Of a DNA stretch of 57,387 nt, positions 46,912 to 55,815 are shown one piece after another (the first letter of the stretch is position 1; each line of letters begins with the position of its first letter). The stretch is from the IMG/VR virus record IMGVR_UViG_3300044836_000005, positions 1 through 57,387 of that record; one strand, written 5' to 3'. The notes under the pieces were generated by a model. That model had not been told where the DNA came from and did not search any database. It saw only the letters and a program-made list of their open reading frames with translations. Both the position numbers and the translations under genes were made by a program. The stretch comes from a virus. Lineage: Duplodnaviria > Caudoviricetes.

Positions 46912-47610
46912 TTAAGTTTCCTCATCTTCATCATAGGAGTCTGCTTCGATTACACCTGAACCAATAGAAACAATTGATCCCTCAATTGCGGTTTGCCAGC
47001 TTTCTTTATGCGCCGACACTTCGATCTTTTCAGGTGTCTTGCCCATTACTCTGTTCATCACCATATCAACTGCTTTTAATTTATCTCTTGGCTCAACGTT
47101 CTTATCTTTAATAATATCCGTAAGCATTTGCACTGCGACGCTTAGGTTTTCACGAAGCATATTGTTTGCATTAATTAAGGCACGCCGAACCATTTCGTCA
47201 TAGCAAGCCTTCGGGACAATGATGGGATCGAGCCCAGCAAACTTATTGTTCTTGTCTCTGCGTCGGCCGTGCTGTAATTCTTCATCGTCCCATTCTTCGA
47301 CGCTATCTTCGCCCAATAATACCTTTGTGGTAGAAGTACCTAGACGCATAAAGGCACGCTCATTTCCTTCTAATAATCCTTCGACTTTCTTTTGCTTGAA
47401 TCCTTTTAATGTATTGCGTGCCGTAGATCCAAGCTCATTGTATTTCTTTTGTGGTGCTTTTTCTTTTGGGGGAGCAGGAGGACCGGCATAGATCCTTGGC
47501 CTGCCTCTGCCTCGCTTAACTGGCGGTGGCTCCGGAGGTAAGTCCGGAACAACCACCAATGCTTTTACTTTAGGAGCAGCTTTCTTAGTTGGTTTCTTCG
47601 CCGTTGTCAT
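46912..47610 (-). CDS. Probable terminase small subunit
   Basis: WDDEELQHGRRRDKNNKF; DKLKAVDMVMNRVMGK; AT-hook KRGRGRPR; upstream of terL. Confidence 0.6.
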   Translation of the reverse strand: MTTAKKPTKKAAPKVKALVVVPDLPPEPPPVKRGRGRPRIYAGPPAPPKEKAPQKKYNELGSTARNTLKGFKQKKVEGLLEGNERAFMRLGTSTTKVLLGEDSVEEWDDEELQHGRRRDKNNKFAGLDPIIVPKACYDEMVRRALINANNMLRENLSVAVQMLTDIIKDKNVEPRDKLKAVDMVMNRVMGKTPEKIEVSAHKESWQTAIEGSIVSIGSGVIEADSYDEDEET

Positions 47611-47613
47611 TTG

Positions 47614-47895
47614 TTACGTTGTCCTCACGTCAAACTGACCTTTGTCGTACAGGCCAGCCTCAACATTTTTTTGATATTGCTCAGCCTCAGTGAGCAGACC
47701 ATTCATGTTTGTATCTACTAATTCTTCATCAATGGTAAGAGGTAAAGCGTCGCCATCCTCCACTCCAAATAAATAAAGATTGCGTAGACGCTCACTCGGT
47801 GTCGGCTCATGGAAAGGCTGAAGCATGTTTCCTTGCACTTGGCCACCATACTCAGAAGCGGGCCAAGTGCTTTCTTTAGCTCCGAGCTTTGCCAT
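47614..47895 (-). CDS. Hypothetical protein
   Basis: 93 aa; TAATG coupling. Confidence 0.65.
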   Translation of the reverse strand: MAKLGAKESTWPASEYGGQVQGNMLQPFHEPTPSERLRNLYLFGVEDGDALPLTIDEELVDTNMNGLLTEAEQYQKNVEAGLYDKGQFDVRTT

Positions 47896-48140
47896 TACTG
47901 TGCAGCCCTTGGTTCAATCATTGGAAGTGAAACAGTAATTTCTGTTCCTACTTCTGGCAGAGTCGGCGGGTCGAGAAGGTCAGTAATCCAAATAGGAATA
48001 TACATATTTCCGCCATCACCTAATACCGGCTGACCGTCGGCGGTAATGCAAATGACTCCACATACCGGAGTACCCCATGATGGTTGCCAGATATCCAAAG
48101 GTGGCATATCAATTCTTTGCACAACAAAAGTAACGTCCAT
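47895..48140 (-). CDS. Hypothetical protein
   Basis: 81 aa; GAGGT ribosome site. Confidence 0.65.
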   Translation of the reverse strand: MDVTFVVQRIDMPPLDIWQPSWGTPVCGVICITADGQPVLGDGGNMYIPIWITDLLDPPTLPEVGTEITVSLPMIEPRAAQ

Positions 48141-48262
48141 TGTTCATACCTCTCTATGTAGTGGTGCTTCGATAGAGTGGAATGCTAATGGTCATTAGAC
48201 GCAAATAGCCAGCCTTCTTATAGAAGACCAGCTAAGAGCGTGTTTATCCCCTGTTAGAAAAC

Positions 48263-48505
48263 TCAGTGCAATTGAGCTATCGCATTCATGTAATCGTGAA
48301 TATTAATTCCGCTTGTCATAATCGTTGCCGCAATTGTATCTATCTGCGTCGGTAATATATTCGGATTATGAGCAATCATTACTTCAATGAATTCTTCCCA
48401 ATGGTGAGCGGGAAAAACCGACACTCTTGCATAACTTACCGCCTTTACTTTAATTTGTTCTTCTCTGTCTTGCTTCCATTTTGAAAGCATGTCGTCACTA
48501 CCCAT
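48263..48505 (-). CDS. Hypothetical protein
   Basis: 80 aa; GAGGTG ribosome site. Confidence 0.6.
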   Translation of the reverse strand: MGSDDMLSKWKQDREEQIKVKAVSYARVSVFPAHHWEEFIEVMIAHNPNILPTQIDTIAATIMTSGINIHDYMNAIAQLH

Positions 48506-48669
48506 TAATCCACCTCTCTTTCCTGTACTAATGTTTGATCGGTTACTGCCTTTAATGCAGCTTCATATTCCCACTTGAAAGTTATATTCGGTGTGGCAAT
48601 TGTACTTTTTAATGCACGACGAATAGCAGCACAATCTTTTGTTTCAAGCTCTAGAATTAGCAGTGCCAT
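48505..48669 (-). CDS. Small hypothetical protein (54 aa, not in the ORF track)
   Basis: MALLILELETKDCAAIRRALKS...; GGAGGA upstream; TAATG overlap downstream. Confidence 0.6.
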   Translation of the reverse strand: MALLILELETKDCAAIRRALKSTIATPNITFKWEYEAALKAVTDQTLVQEREVD

Positions 48670-48753
48670 CTATCCTCCATATTTCTTAAAGAATGCCGGT
48701 AAAGGTTTCGGCTTAGGTAGCGGTGGTGGTTTCGGCTTAGCGACTGTCATGGT

Positions 48754-49107
48754 CTACTGGTGATAGTTCGTTACTTCGTAGACACCAAGGTGAACAGTCG
48801 GCGGATTCTTACAAATAGGACCGTCCCAAATCTCAATGACACTCTCTCCATACTTGCTATGACCATGAGCCGTTAGTTGTAATGATTGGAAGTCAGGGCC
48901 AGATAAACTTAAAGATTCGCCACGCTTAGCAGGTGTATACCACGCTGCATTGTAGGTAGGTAGCTCTCCGTCTGACATGCGACCACTACCACAAAAGGTA
49001 ATTACTGCCGCATGTCTAATCGTCGGCTCTTGAGTCTTCCCGTTACCCGCACACATAGTCGTGCTTGCTGCAAGTGCCAGTGTGGCGAGCGTAGTTTTAA
49101 TAATCAT
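48754..49107 (-). CDS. Putative secreted or lipoprotein-like protein
   Basis: Signal-like MIIKTTLATLALAASTTMC. Confidence 0.55.
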   Translation of the reverse strand: MIIKTTLATLALAASTTMCAGNGKTQEPTIRHAAVITFCGSGRMSDGELPTYNAAWYTPAKRGESLSLSGPDFQSLQLTAHGHSKYGESVIEIWDGPICKNPPTVHLGVYEVTNYHQ

Positions 49108-49430
49108 TATATTCTCCTTGATGGATCGCCGACCATATTCTTAAATAAGATATAAGACTTCACTAACATTTCTTCGAAAGCCCTGTCGCTATTGTGGACA
49201 AAATATTGTTTGCCAGTGATAGGGCAGGGCTCACCTTTATGTGCTTGTCGCCATAGTGTAGGCGAGTCTTGCAAGCCGGCAACTTGAGCTAGGAATTGAT
49301 GCAAGCGGTCATGCTCCATAGTCATCTGCTCAACGTTCTCATATCCTAAATCAATTGCATCTCTATTGTCTGCATGTTCCGACGTTGCATAGACCTTGCA
49401 ACCGCAAGACAATTGCGTTTCCCAAATCAT
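49107..49430 (-). CDS. Hypothetical protein
   Basis: 107 aa; LGY...EHDRLH...SPTL. Confidence 0.65.
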   Translation of the reverse strand: MIWETQLSCGCKVYATSEHADNRDAIDLGYENVEQMTMEHDRLHQFLAQVAGLQDSPTLWRQAHKGEPCPITGKQYFVHNSDRAFEEMLVKSYILFKNMVGDPSRRI

Positions 49431-49537
49431 TTAATTATCCCACCTTTTCTGATTGATACGACGCAATAGCTCTAACACAGAATCAGCGATTGCATCACCA
49501 TTGGCCTTGTCTCGCCTACGTTTCTCGTCGGAATCAA

Positions 49538-49738
49538 TCATTTGGTTACTGCTTCTTTAATAAAATCAAAAATTATTATGACTGCAATAAACGGCCAAAC
49601 AACAGCAGCAAGGCCAATTGCCACCTTCCGCACACTTGGTATTTCTTTAGTTTCTAGCATATCGCATGTTGCCGATGCACAAAGAACAGCACCTAATAAA
49701 TACAAAAATGAGGCTACAATAGCCATCTTAGTTTCCAA
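49538..49738 (-). CDS. Small membrane protein
   Basis: Two hydrophobic segments with a WP motif. Confidence 0.6.
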   Translation of the reverse strand: METKMAIVASFLYLLGAVLCASATCDMLETKEIPSVRKVAIGLAAVVWPFIAVIIIFDFIKEAVTK

Positions 49739-50333
49739 TCTTTTTGAGAAATAAAATCATATGTCGAATTGCGTCACGGCTATGTCTTGAGTGAGCTTCA
49801 TACATTCCTAACCCCTTAAGTCGTGCATCTGTATTAGTAGTTTTAGCATCACTCGATGAAAAGCGTTTGATACCAACGTTAAGCGACGAATAATTGCAAG
49901 CCATTTGCAACATTGACCCAATAACTACGGGAGATAAAAGTGATTTATCGCTACTCATCTTTCGAAGTGTAAAGTCTTCGATTAAACAAATCATTTCGTC
50001 ATTCTTTATATTTGGTGCAATGTGGTAGGCATGAAGCGAGCAAACAGCCATGATTCCGATCAACTCTCGCACACCACCAACGGCGTTATTACAACTCACC
50101 GTGCCCTGTTGAAACCGTCGCCAAGTACCACCAGTCGGGCCATTTCCAGCCGGCAATTCATGGGCCTTAGCTCGCTCAAGCGAGCCCTTTAATCCGTACT
50201 TCAAATACTCCTTTTTGGAAATCAATATCCAACACCAACCGGAGCTATCCCCAGGATCTACCGAAAACACGGACAAAGCAGCCGATTGGCCATTTATAAA
50301 TGCGTCGACAATTACTTGCTCAGAAACCAGCAT
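49728..50333 (-). CDS. RuvC-like Holliday junction resolvase
   Basis: SVDPGDSSG, IEDF, HSRDAIRH. Confidence 0.75.
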   Translation of the reverse strand: MLVSEQVIVDAFINGQSAALSVFSVDPGDSSGWCWILISKKEYLKYGLKGSLERAKAHELPAGNGPTGGTWRRFQQGTVSCNNAVGGVRELIGIMAVCSLHAYHIAPNIKNDEMICLIEDFTLRKMSSDKSLLSPVVIGSMLQMACNYSSLNVGIKRFSSSDAKTTNTDARLKGLGMYEAHSRHSRDAIRHMILFLKKIGN

Positions 50334-50414
50334 GTTTTACCACTTTTCCTTCTCTCACAAGAGTTTTAGATTCTTTATAATCTCAGCAAATAATTCAATC
50401 CCTCGCACGCCCCC

Positions 50415-50531
50415 GTACCAAAAAGTTGTCTAAGAGAGAAAAACAGTTTGACGCATTCTCTCGTGTAAAGCTCTTTGGTCTTGAATCCTTTATACGTGAG
50501 AATGCATCAAGCTAAAATTTTCCCCTAGAGT
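50415..50531. repeat. Dispersed hairpin element, copy A
   Basis: GTACCAAAAAGTTGTCTAAGAG-10 nt-hairpin-CT-6 nt-TTCCCCTAGAGT. Confidence 0.85.
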
Positions 50532-50549
50532 CACTCTGAGAGCGCGAGG

Positions 50550-51125
50550 TTATTTCAAGAATTGTTTGTTTGATGCCGTGGCCGTTTTAATTAAATTGTC
50601 AAACGAGCCAATCTCCAACTTCAAAGCATAAGCAATTTTGTTGTAGTTGCTAACGTTTTTCCGTTTCACCAATCCAGCGAAATGCCGTTGCTTGGCCATC
50701 GTCACGAAATAAACCATCCGCCCATTGGCCGCTGCATATTCGGATTTCACAAACTCCAACGGATCGAGCATCGCTGCAGCCTTGCGGATCTTCTTAGCTC
50801 CTGCCTTATCTTCATTTTCAATCTCAGCAATTTCCATAAACTCAGGTGCTTCTAAACCCAAAGCTCGCAAAGTCCAAGAAATATATTTAGCTCTTTCTCG
50901 CAAATATCTTTGACAATCCCAAACTAATCCGCCATGCAAAGACTGCATCAAATCATAATGCAATTTCATAATTTCCCATTGCTTCACCAACTCAGCCTGC
51001 CGACTCAGTGCAAAGAAAATTTCATCAAACGCTTCTAATTCGTCTCGCTCAATTATCAAATCTCGATCGTAATAATCTGCGTAATCTTCTAAGAATTCCT
51101 TTGCCATCTTTTTCCTTTCCGTCAA
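50550..51125 (-). CDS. Hypothetical protein
   Basis: 191 aa, helical; likely start MAKEF near 51107. Confidence 0.7.
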   Translation of the reverse strand: MTERKKMAKEFLEDYADYYDRDLIIERDELEAFDEIFFALSRQAELVKQWEIMKLHYDLMQSLHGGLVWDCQRYLRERAKYISWTLRALGLEAPEFMEIAEIENEDKAGAKKIRKAAAMLDPLEFVKSEYAAANGRMVYFVTMAKQRHFAGLVKRKNVSNYNKIAYALKLEIGSFDNLIKTATASNKQFLK

Positions 51126-51339
51126 AAATCTCTACGTCCGGCATCTGTCCAATTAAAAGTAAATGGTCAACAATTTCTATCTCACTCTGCCAATCAAGAC
51201 GTGGTGTATCCAGATGCTCAAACTCAACCGGAGCATATACCTTTACGTCATTAGACACAACTGGCAAATACCGGCGAGTCTCGACGCTCTTTCTGGCCTT
51301 CCAAGAACCTCCCTGACGGCCAGCACCAAAAGAAGCCAC
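51049..51339 (-). CDS. Hypothetical protein
   Basis: 96 aa; GGAGGG upstream of GTG. Confidence 0.55.
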   Translation of the reverse strand: MASFGAGRQGGSWKARKSVETRRYLPVVSNDVKVYAPVEFEHLDTPRLDWQSEIEIVDHLLLIGQMPDVEIFDGKEKDGKGILRRLRRLLRSRFDN

Positions 51340-51363
51340 GATTTACCCTCCCTCGCTTGCCGT

Positions 51364-51421
51364 GAGCAATTTCTTTCCAGCGTTGACTACCACGACGCCA
51401 AAACGCTGGAAAGAAATGCTC
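51364..51421. repeat. Long intergenic inverted repeat
   Basis: ATTTCTTTCCAGCGTT / AACGCTGGAAAGAAAT, 16 bp perfect, extended by GAGC/GCTC. Confidence 0.8.
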
Positions 51422-51439
51422 TAGACGGTCTGTTTTTAT

Positions 51440-51754
51440 TTACTTAAGCCCTAAGTATTTATGTACCCAGTCGATTTGCTTCGTCAACTCATTAATTGCC
51501 GACTCTAATTCAGCAAGTTTTCGATCAAGATTTCCGGCAACTACCGATTGCGAGAGTGAGAGGGCCGGTGCCGAAATAGTCTCAGGCTTTTCTAAAATTT
51601 CAGTGACAACCACATCGGTCACGTTCGGAAATTGTAGCTGTAGCTCAGACTCCACCTTGTCACGGAACTTCCGCAGAATCTCCGAGTCACCCACCTTTGT
51701 GCATTTGGCGACAATTAATAGATTCATCTCACGCTCTACGTCAGCCATCTTCAT
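51440..51754 (-). CDS. Hypothetical protein
   Basis: 104 aa with C-terminal coiled coil. Confidence 0.65.
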   Translation of the reverse strand: MKMADVEREMNLLIVAKCTKVGDSEILRKFRDKVESELQLQFPNVTDVVVTEILEKPETISAPALSLSQSVVAGNLDRKLAELESAINELTKQIDWVHKYLGLK

Positions 51755-52271
51755 TTTCCTTTCCCCAATTTACAGTTTGGTCGAAACAGGTCTTGCAGGT
51801 GTAAGCGTGCAACGTGACCAAGCCGACGGTCCAAATAATTAAATGCAAATCATTGTCGGGATCAAACTCACCACAAAATTCACACGTCGAATTATAAACT
51901 GGGTCTAGTTCGTGCGCCTTCGCCATTAGCTTGAGGTAGACACCAAAGCAATCGGCACATCGCAACATGAACGGCAACGATAAAGCGTTACGAAATAACG
52001 CATATACCGGCATGGGACTTTGTGCGTGCTTGCAGCAAAGCAACCCTTTGTAATCCGGATCGGACTCTATGCGTCGGTCGTGTTCTTCCATAACCAAAGT
52101 AAATTTTCCGATAAACGGGTGGTGCTCCATAGCAGCCATCGGAATTTCACCAGAGAAATCTACAGAATCTGACTTATCGGATAGACCGACTACTCGCTGC
52201 ATCGCTTGAGCCCTGGCCGCTTTCATTTGATCCTCATGGGCAATGCGTGCCGCTTCGTCTTCGTTACTCAT
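51741..52271 (-). CDS. Cys-rich hypothetical protein
   Basis: CKH, CADC, CEFC, CKTC; start set at MSNEDE. Confidence 0.65.
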   Translation of the reverse strand: MSNEDEAARIAHEDQMKAARAQAMQRVVGLSDKSDSVDFSGEIPMAAMEHHPFIGKFTLVMEEHDRRIESDPDYKGLLCCKHAQSPMPVYALFRNALSLPFMLRCADCFGVYLKLMAKAHELDPVYNSTCEFCGEFDPDNDLHLIIWTVGLVTLHAYTCKTCFDQTVNWGKENEDG

Positions 52272-52405
52272 CCCGCTACCACCTTTATTAAAATAGCCCA
52301 CCAAGTGTTATCGAAGACACCGCACTCTAAAATGCCGTAGTCATTATTCAAATGTTCTTCTAATGCGGTTTTGAAATCGCCAGCATTAGTATGCCGTACA
52401 GTCAT
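52268..52405 (-). CDS. Small hypothetical protein (45 aa, not in the ORF track)
   Basis: MTVRHTNAGDFKTALEEHL...; fills the gap with an ATGA overlap. Confidence 0.45.
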   Translation of the reverse strand: MTVRHTNAGDFKTALEEHLNNDYGILECGVFDNTWWAILIKVVAG

Positions 52406-52413
52406 TATTTTCG

Positions 52414-53094
52414 TCATGGCGCCACCTTTTCATTTCCGATCCAAGCGTCGTAGGTTGCCGGCATCTCTCGCTCAAAATCCTTAGCAATTACTTCGGCATA
52501 TTTCCGAATTTCCAACAAGGCAGTAGGCGCCCAGCGCAAAGATAAGAAATTCATAAGAGAGCGTGCGTTAACTGTCCAATAGAATTCGGTATACATCGCC
52601 ACCGGCAGAACAGCTCTAGCTAGTTCCTTGGCAATACCTGCGTTTAGCATTCCTTGGTAAGACTCGAAAGCGTTTTTACAAATTTCGGCTATTTCAATTT
52701 GGACAACTTTTGACATATATTCAGACGTTTGCTCATAAACGTAATGGCCCGGCTTACCAACCTGCGTCCGCACATCTTCCGCAGCAGGGATATACCACTC
52801 AGCCGGGGCTTCGGTATAGCGCATAGAAAATTCATTAAAAGAACTAATGCGATGCCGAATCCACTCACGCATAACAAAGATTGGGCACTTGCAATGGAAA
52901 GTAAATGTGTTGTGCTCGAACGGAGTACCGTGTCGATTCTTCATTAAATAATTAATCAGTTGCTCATCTTCATAGCCTACTGATTCCTTGCGCTTACCGA
53001 ATGAAACTCTGGCGGAATTAACGACACTCAAGTCTCCACCCATATGTCCTTCGAAGCGAACGAATCCGTGATTCAAAACTTTGATCTCATCCAT
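52414..53094 (-). CDS. thyX: Flavin-dependent thymidylate synthase
   Basis: HGTPFEH; RHRISSFNEFSMRY ThyX motif; ELARAVLP; NARSLMNFLSLR. Confidence 0.97.
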   Translation of the reverse strand: MDEIKVLNHGFVRFEGHMGGDLSVVNSARVSFGKRKESVGYEDEQLINYLMKNRHGTPFEHNTFTFHCKCPIFVMREWIRHRISSFNEFSMRYTEAPAEWYIPAAEDVRTQVGKPGHYVYEQTSEYMSKVVQIEIAEICKNAFESYQGMLNAGIAKELARAVLPVAMYTEFYWTVNARSLMNFLSLRWAPTALLEIRKYAEVIAKDFEREMPATYDAWIGNEKVAP

Positions 53095-53875
53095 TTTTCT
53101 CGCTCCTAACCGAATCAACAACTGTTAAAATTCGAGTCCATAAATCTATTGGAAGTCCGACTTTTGTTCCATCACTAAGCCAAACATCAAGAATAATGGA
53201 ATATAATTCGTCTTCCTCAACTAACCTTTGCTTCAAATACATGAGCAAATCCATAGTTTCTTCGTAAGCATCAAGTAAAGACTTGCGGCCGTTGAATGCT
53301 TGCAAGCCGGTGCCGTAGCGTTTGATGCCGACTTGAATTCGTTCATTAATATCTTCGATAACTAAGTCTTGAATAAATTTACCATCATTTACCGTAGGCA
53401 AGCCTTGCGAATCGCCTTCACGATTAGCTCGCTCAGGAATATTTACATTCTCTAAATCGGAATGATTACCGGATGGCATATCAATCTCGCTTTCCTCCGG
53501 AGGTACCAACGGTCCGCCGACTTCTAAAAATCCCTCACCATCTACGGGAATTTCCATAATTTGTCCAGGCTTTTCATCCATACCCTCAAGCATTTTAATA
53601 TTTTCTTGCCACTTTTGGAACGCTTGCCATTCATTTTGAAATTCTCGCCACTCAGGAAGAAACGATGTGAAATGGTCCAAATAAAGTCTTAAAGCCGGAG
53701 ACTCTGCATCTCGATAAATCTCAAATATTTTCTTTGAGGACGTAATTTCAGCGCCAGTAGAGAACGGCACCGTTTGTGTCTTTTCAATTAAATCAAATCG
53801 CCACATTGGTAATGCTTCCCATCTTCCGAAATGTGCGTGAACCATGAACGTGCTTGGTGGGTGCCAAAGCTGCAA
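53087..53875 (-). CDS. Hypothetical protein with a possible all-alpha NTP pyrophosphatase-like C-terminus
   Basis: ERIQVGIKRYGTGLQAFNGR..L.DAYEETMDLLMY; start uncertain. Confidence 0.5.
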   Translation of the reverse strand: MQLWHPPSTFMVHAHFGRWEALPMWRFDLIEKTQTVPFSTGAEITSSKKIFEIYRDAESPALRLYLDHFTSFLPEWREFQNEWQAFQKWQENIKMLEGMDEKPGQIMEIPVDGEGFLEVGGPLVPPEESEIDMPSGNHSDLENVNIPERANREGDSQGLPTVNDGKFIQDLVIEDINERIQVGIKRYGTGLQAFNGRKSLLDAYEETMDLLMYLKQRLVEEDELYSIILDVWLSDGTKVGLPIDLWTRILTVVDSVRSEKNG

Positions 53876-54554
53876 GCGGGAGTCGTGCGAAAGTTTCCCG
53901 AGTCGATTCGAATTGCTGGCTAATGTTTCCTTCGCTACTCCGATAAATTAAATATCCTCCTGGTGTCATAACGAATGGCCGATTAACTTTGCCCATCCAA
54001 TCAAACTGCTTTTCTTTACTTTCACGGTAGAACCATTGTTCAAAAACAAAGTTTGATACCGCTACTTGCGTTACAACACCTTGAGCATTTTTCACAACAA
54101 TATTGTACGAATCACCTTGTACGGGGTCGCCAACTTCTAGGGCTACTTGTCCACCATCGCTACCTTCGTCGGCCCAAAGCTGGCAGAAGGGATCAATTGC
54201 CCACTCGCACACTTCATGGGAAACAACCGCCGAAACAGATAGCGATCCATTAAGAATTGTTCCACCATTATCCAGAACAGGATCAACAAACACTCGGCCA
54301 TATGGAACACCAAGCGGTGATACATCGTGGTAACCGAGAGCGTTCGCAATGTCCGGAGTATCAACGATAAGAATTGGTACAAAATTAGGGTGAAGGTGCG
54401 CCTTTGCCGTGGCAGTTGAAATAACCGGCCGGCGGTTGCTAGGCCAACCAATAGCCAAGTGAGCGGCTTGCACACGCATGGCCTTAGCGATGGAAACTAG
54501 GTCGTCTTGCTTGAGTCGCTTGGACCCATTAACTAGAACAATTTGTACGGTCAT
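53793..54554 (-). CDS. Putative zinc metallopeptidase-like protein
   Basis: ALGYH, SHEVCE (HExxE), EVGDPVQ, VSNFV. Confidence 0.6.
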   Translation of the reverse strand: MTVQIVLVNGSKRLKQDDLVSIAKAMRVQAAHLAIGWPSNRRPVISTATAKAHLHPNFVPILIVDTPDIANALGYHDVSPLGVPYGRVFVDPVLDNGGTILNGSLSVSAVVSHEVCEWAIDPFCQLWADEGSDGGQVALEVGDPVQGDSYNIVVKNAQGVVTQVAVSNFVFEQWFYRESKEKQFDWMGKVNRPFVMTPGGYLIYRSSEGNISQQFESTRETFARLPLAALAPTKHVHGSRTFRKMGSITNVAI

Positions 54555-55027
54555 TTTTCTCCTAAGTAAGTTTTATAATCTACGAAACCGTCAGGTGTAG
54601 CGAATCCCCACGTACCGGAACGCTTGCCGGTAAAAACGATTGACCACGTAGGGCTTTCAAAGAGTGTGGTAATTTTGTGAAATTGCCCACGTCTAATTAG
54701 GCGTCCGTGGCCCATTGAAAGGGTACGCTTTGTTTGTCCCCACGAAATTAACCCTTGAGCAGCTTTCAAATTATCAGCATAAATTTCGCTATATCCACCG
54801 CTTAAAACAAAAGAATAAAACGGCCACGGATGATCGTGCATATCTCGGTCAGAATCAGGCCGCGAAATCTTATGAATCATAACTGCAAATAATGGTGTCT
54901 GTACGATTCGCCACCGCTTGATATACGGCGAGCCATCGGCACCATAAATTGTATATTCAGTGAGAAATGCCCACTTCTGTCCGCCCGATTCCTCTACGGT
55001 TGAATGTTTAATCAGAGTTTTCCGCAC
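54551..55027 (-). CDS. Cupin-fold protein
   Basis: DMHDHPWPFYSFVLSGGYSE...FHKI...WGF. Confidence 0.75.
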   Translation of the reverse strand: MRKTLIKHSTVEESGGQKWAFLTEYTIYGADGSPYIKRWRIVQTPLFAVMIHKISRPDSDRDMHDHPWPFYSFVLSGGYSEIYADNLKAAQGLISWGQTKRTLSMGHGRLIRRGQFHKITTLFESPTWSIVFTGKRSGTWGFATPDGFVDYKTYLGEK

Positions 55028-55205
55028 CGTAGCTCCATTCTACTTTAATTAAATCGTTCATTAAAGGGAGGTTTTTCATTAGAACACCTTTAACTTCTAA
55101 AACGATTCTTTCATCCGGTCCAGAAACTGCCTGAAATTCACCAGTATTTGTACGGGGATCTTGATACATTGATCGAATTCGTAATAATTTTTCACCTTTT
55201 ATCAT
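55008..55205 (-). CDS. Hypothetical protein
   Basis: 65 aa; coupled to the MazG-like gene. Confidence 0.55.
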   Translation of the reverse strand: MIKGEKLLRIRSMYQDPRTNTGEFQAVSGPDERIVLEVKGVLMKNLPLMNDLIKVEWSYGAENSD

Positions 55206-55597
55206 AGCGCTTTGCCACCATGACGTGCCGGACGGGTTTTGTTGAAATCAACCTTCAAACGAAATTCTTTATAAAGATCAATATTGTATCGGTCGCACGT
55301 ATCCAATAAACGAATTAATACGTCGGCCATTTCTGAGGGAAGTCCACAAGGCTTAAGCGTGTCGCCCACTAAAGTGGTTTCCAATTCACCAGCTCTGAAA
55401 GCTTCTAATGCTTCGCTCAATTCGCTATGCAGTAAAGCAATCTCATCACCAAAGGTACGAGCCGAATCGTACCAACCTTTTTCCTTGTTATTTTTAACAA
55501 CTTCATTTTGCATAGCTAAAATAGCTAATGCGTTAACTCGGTCCTCAATATTATCAAAATCCTCAATCATTCTGTGCTCCAAATCTCGTCGTAACAT
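55202..55597 (-). CDS. MazG-like nucleotide pyrophosphohydrolase
   Basis: IALLHSELSEALEAFR...SEMADVLIRLLD...N.TRP.RHGGK. Confidence 0.85.
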   Translation of the reverse strand: MLRRDLEHRMIEDFDNIEDRVNALAILAMQNEVVKNNKEKGWYDSARTFGDEIALLHSELSEALEAFRAGELETTLVGDTLKPCGLPSEMADVLIRLLDTCDRYNIDLYKEFRLKVDFNKTRPARHGGKAL

Positions 55598-55815
55598 TCT
55601 TGGTGGATATAAGTTCCGTTTACGATTCTTACAATTTCTGTACCGGCTAAAAATGATTCATTGCAATGTGAGCAATGGCCGGGATACTTCGAATATTGAA
55701 GAAAAGCTTCTGCTTCTAATTGTCTTTTATCCTCGGCCTTTTCTTTTCCGTTGCAAATGGTGCAAGAGGTACTAGGCCAAACTCCATGCAGACATTCGAC
55801 TAGTTCTTCTGCCAT
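55567..55815 (-). CDS. Small zinc-finger protein
   Basis: CLHG...CTIC and CSHC...HQEC. Confidence 0.65.
   Translation of the reverse strand: MAEELVECLHGVWPSTSCTICNGKEKAEDKRQLEAEAFLQYSKYPGHCSHCNESFLAGTEIVRIVNGTYIHQECYDEIWSTE

Noticed and set aside
48141-48262. Late promoter or packaging site upstream of the structural operon
   Set aside because: Plausible by position, but no convincing consensus or repeat could be identified by eye
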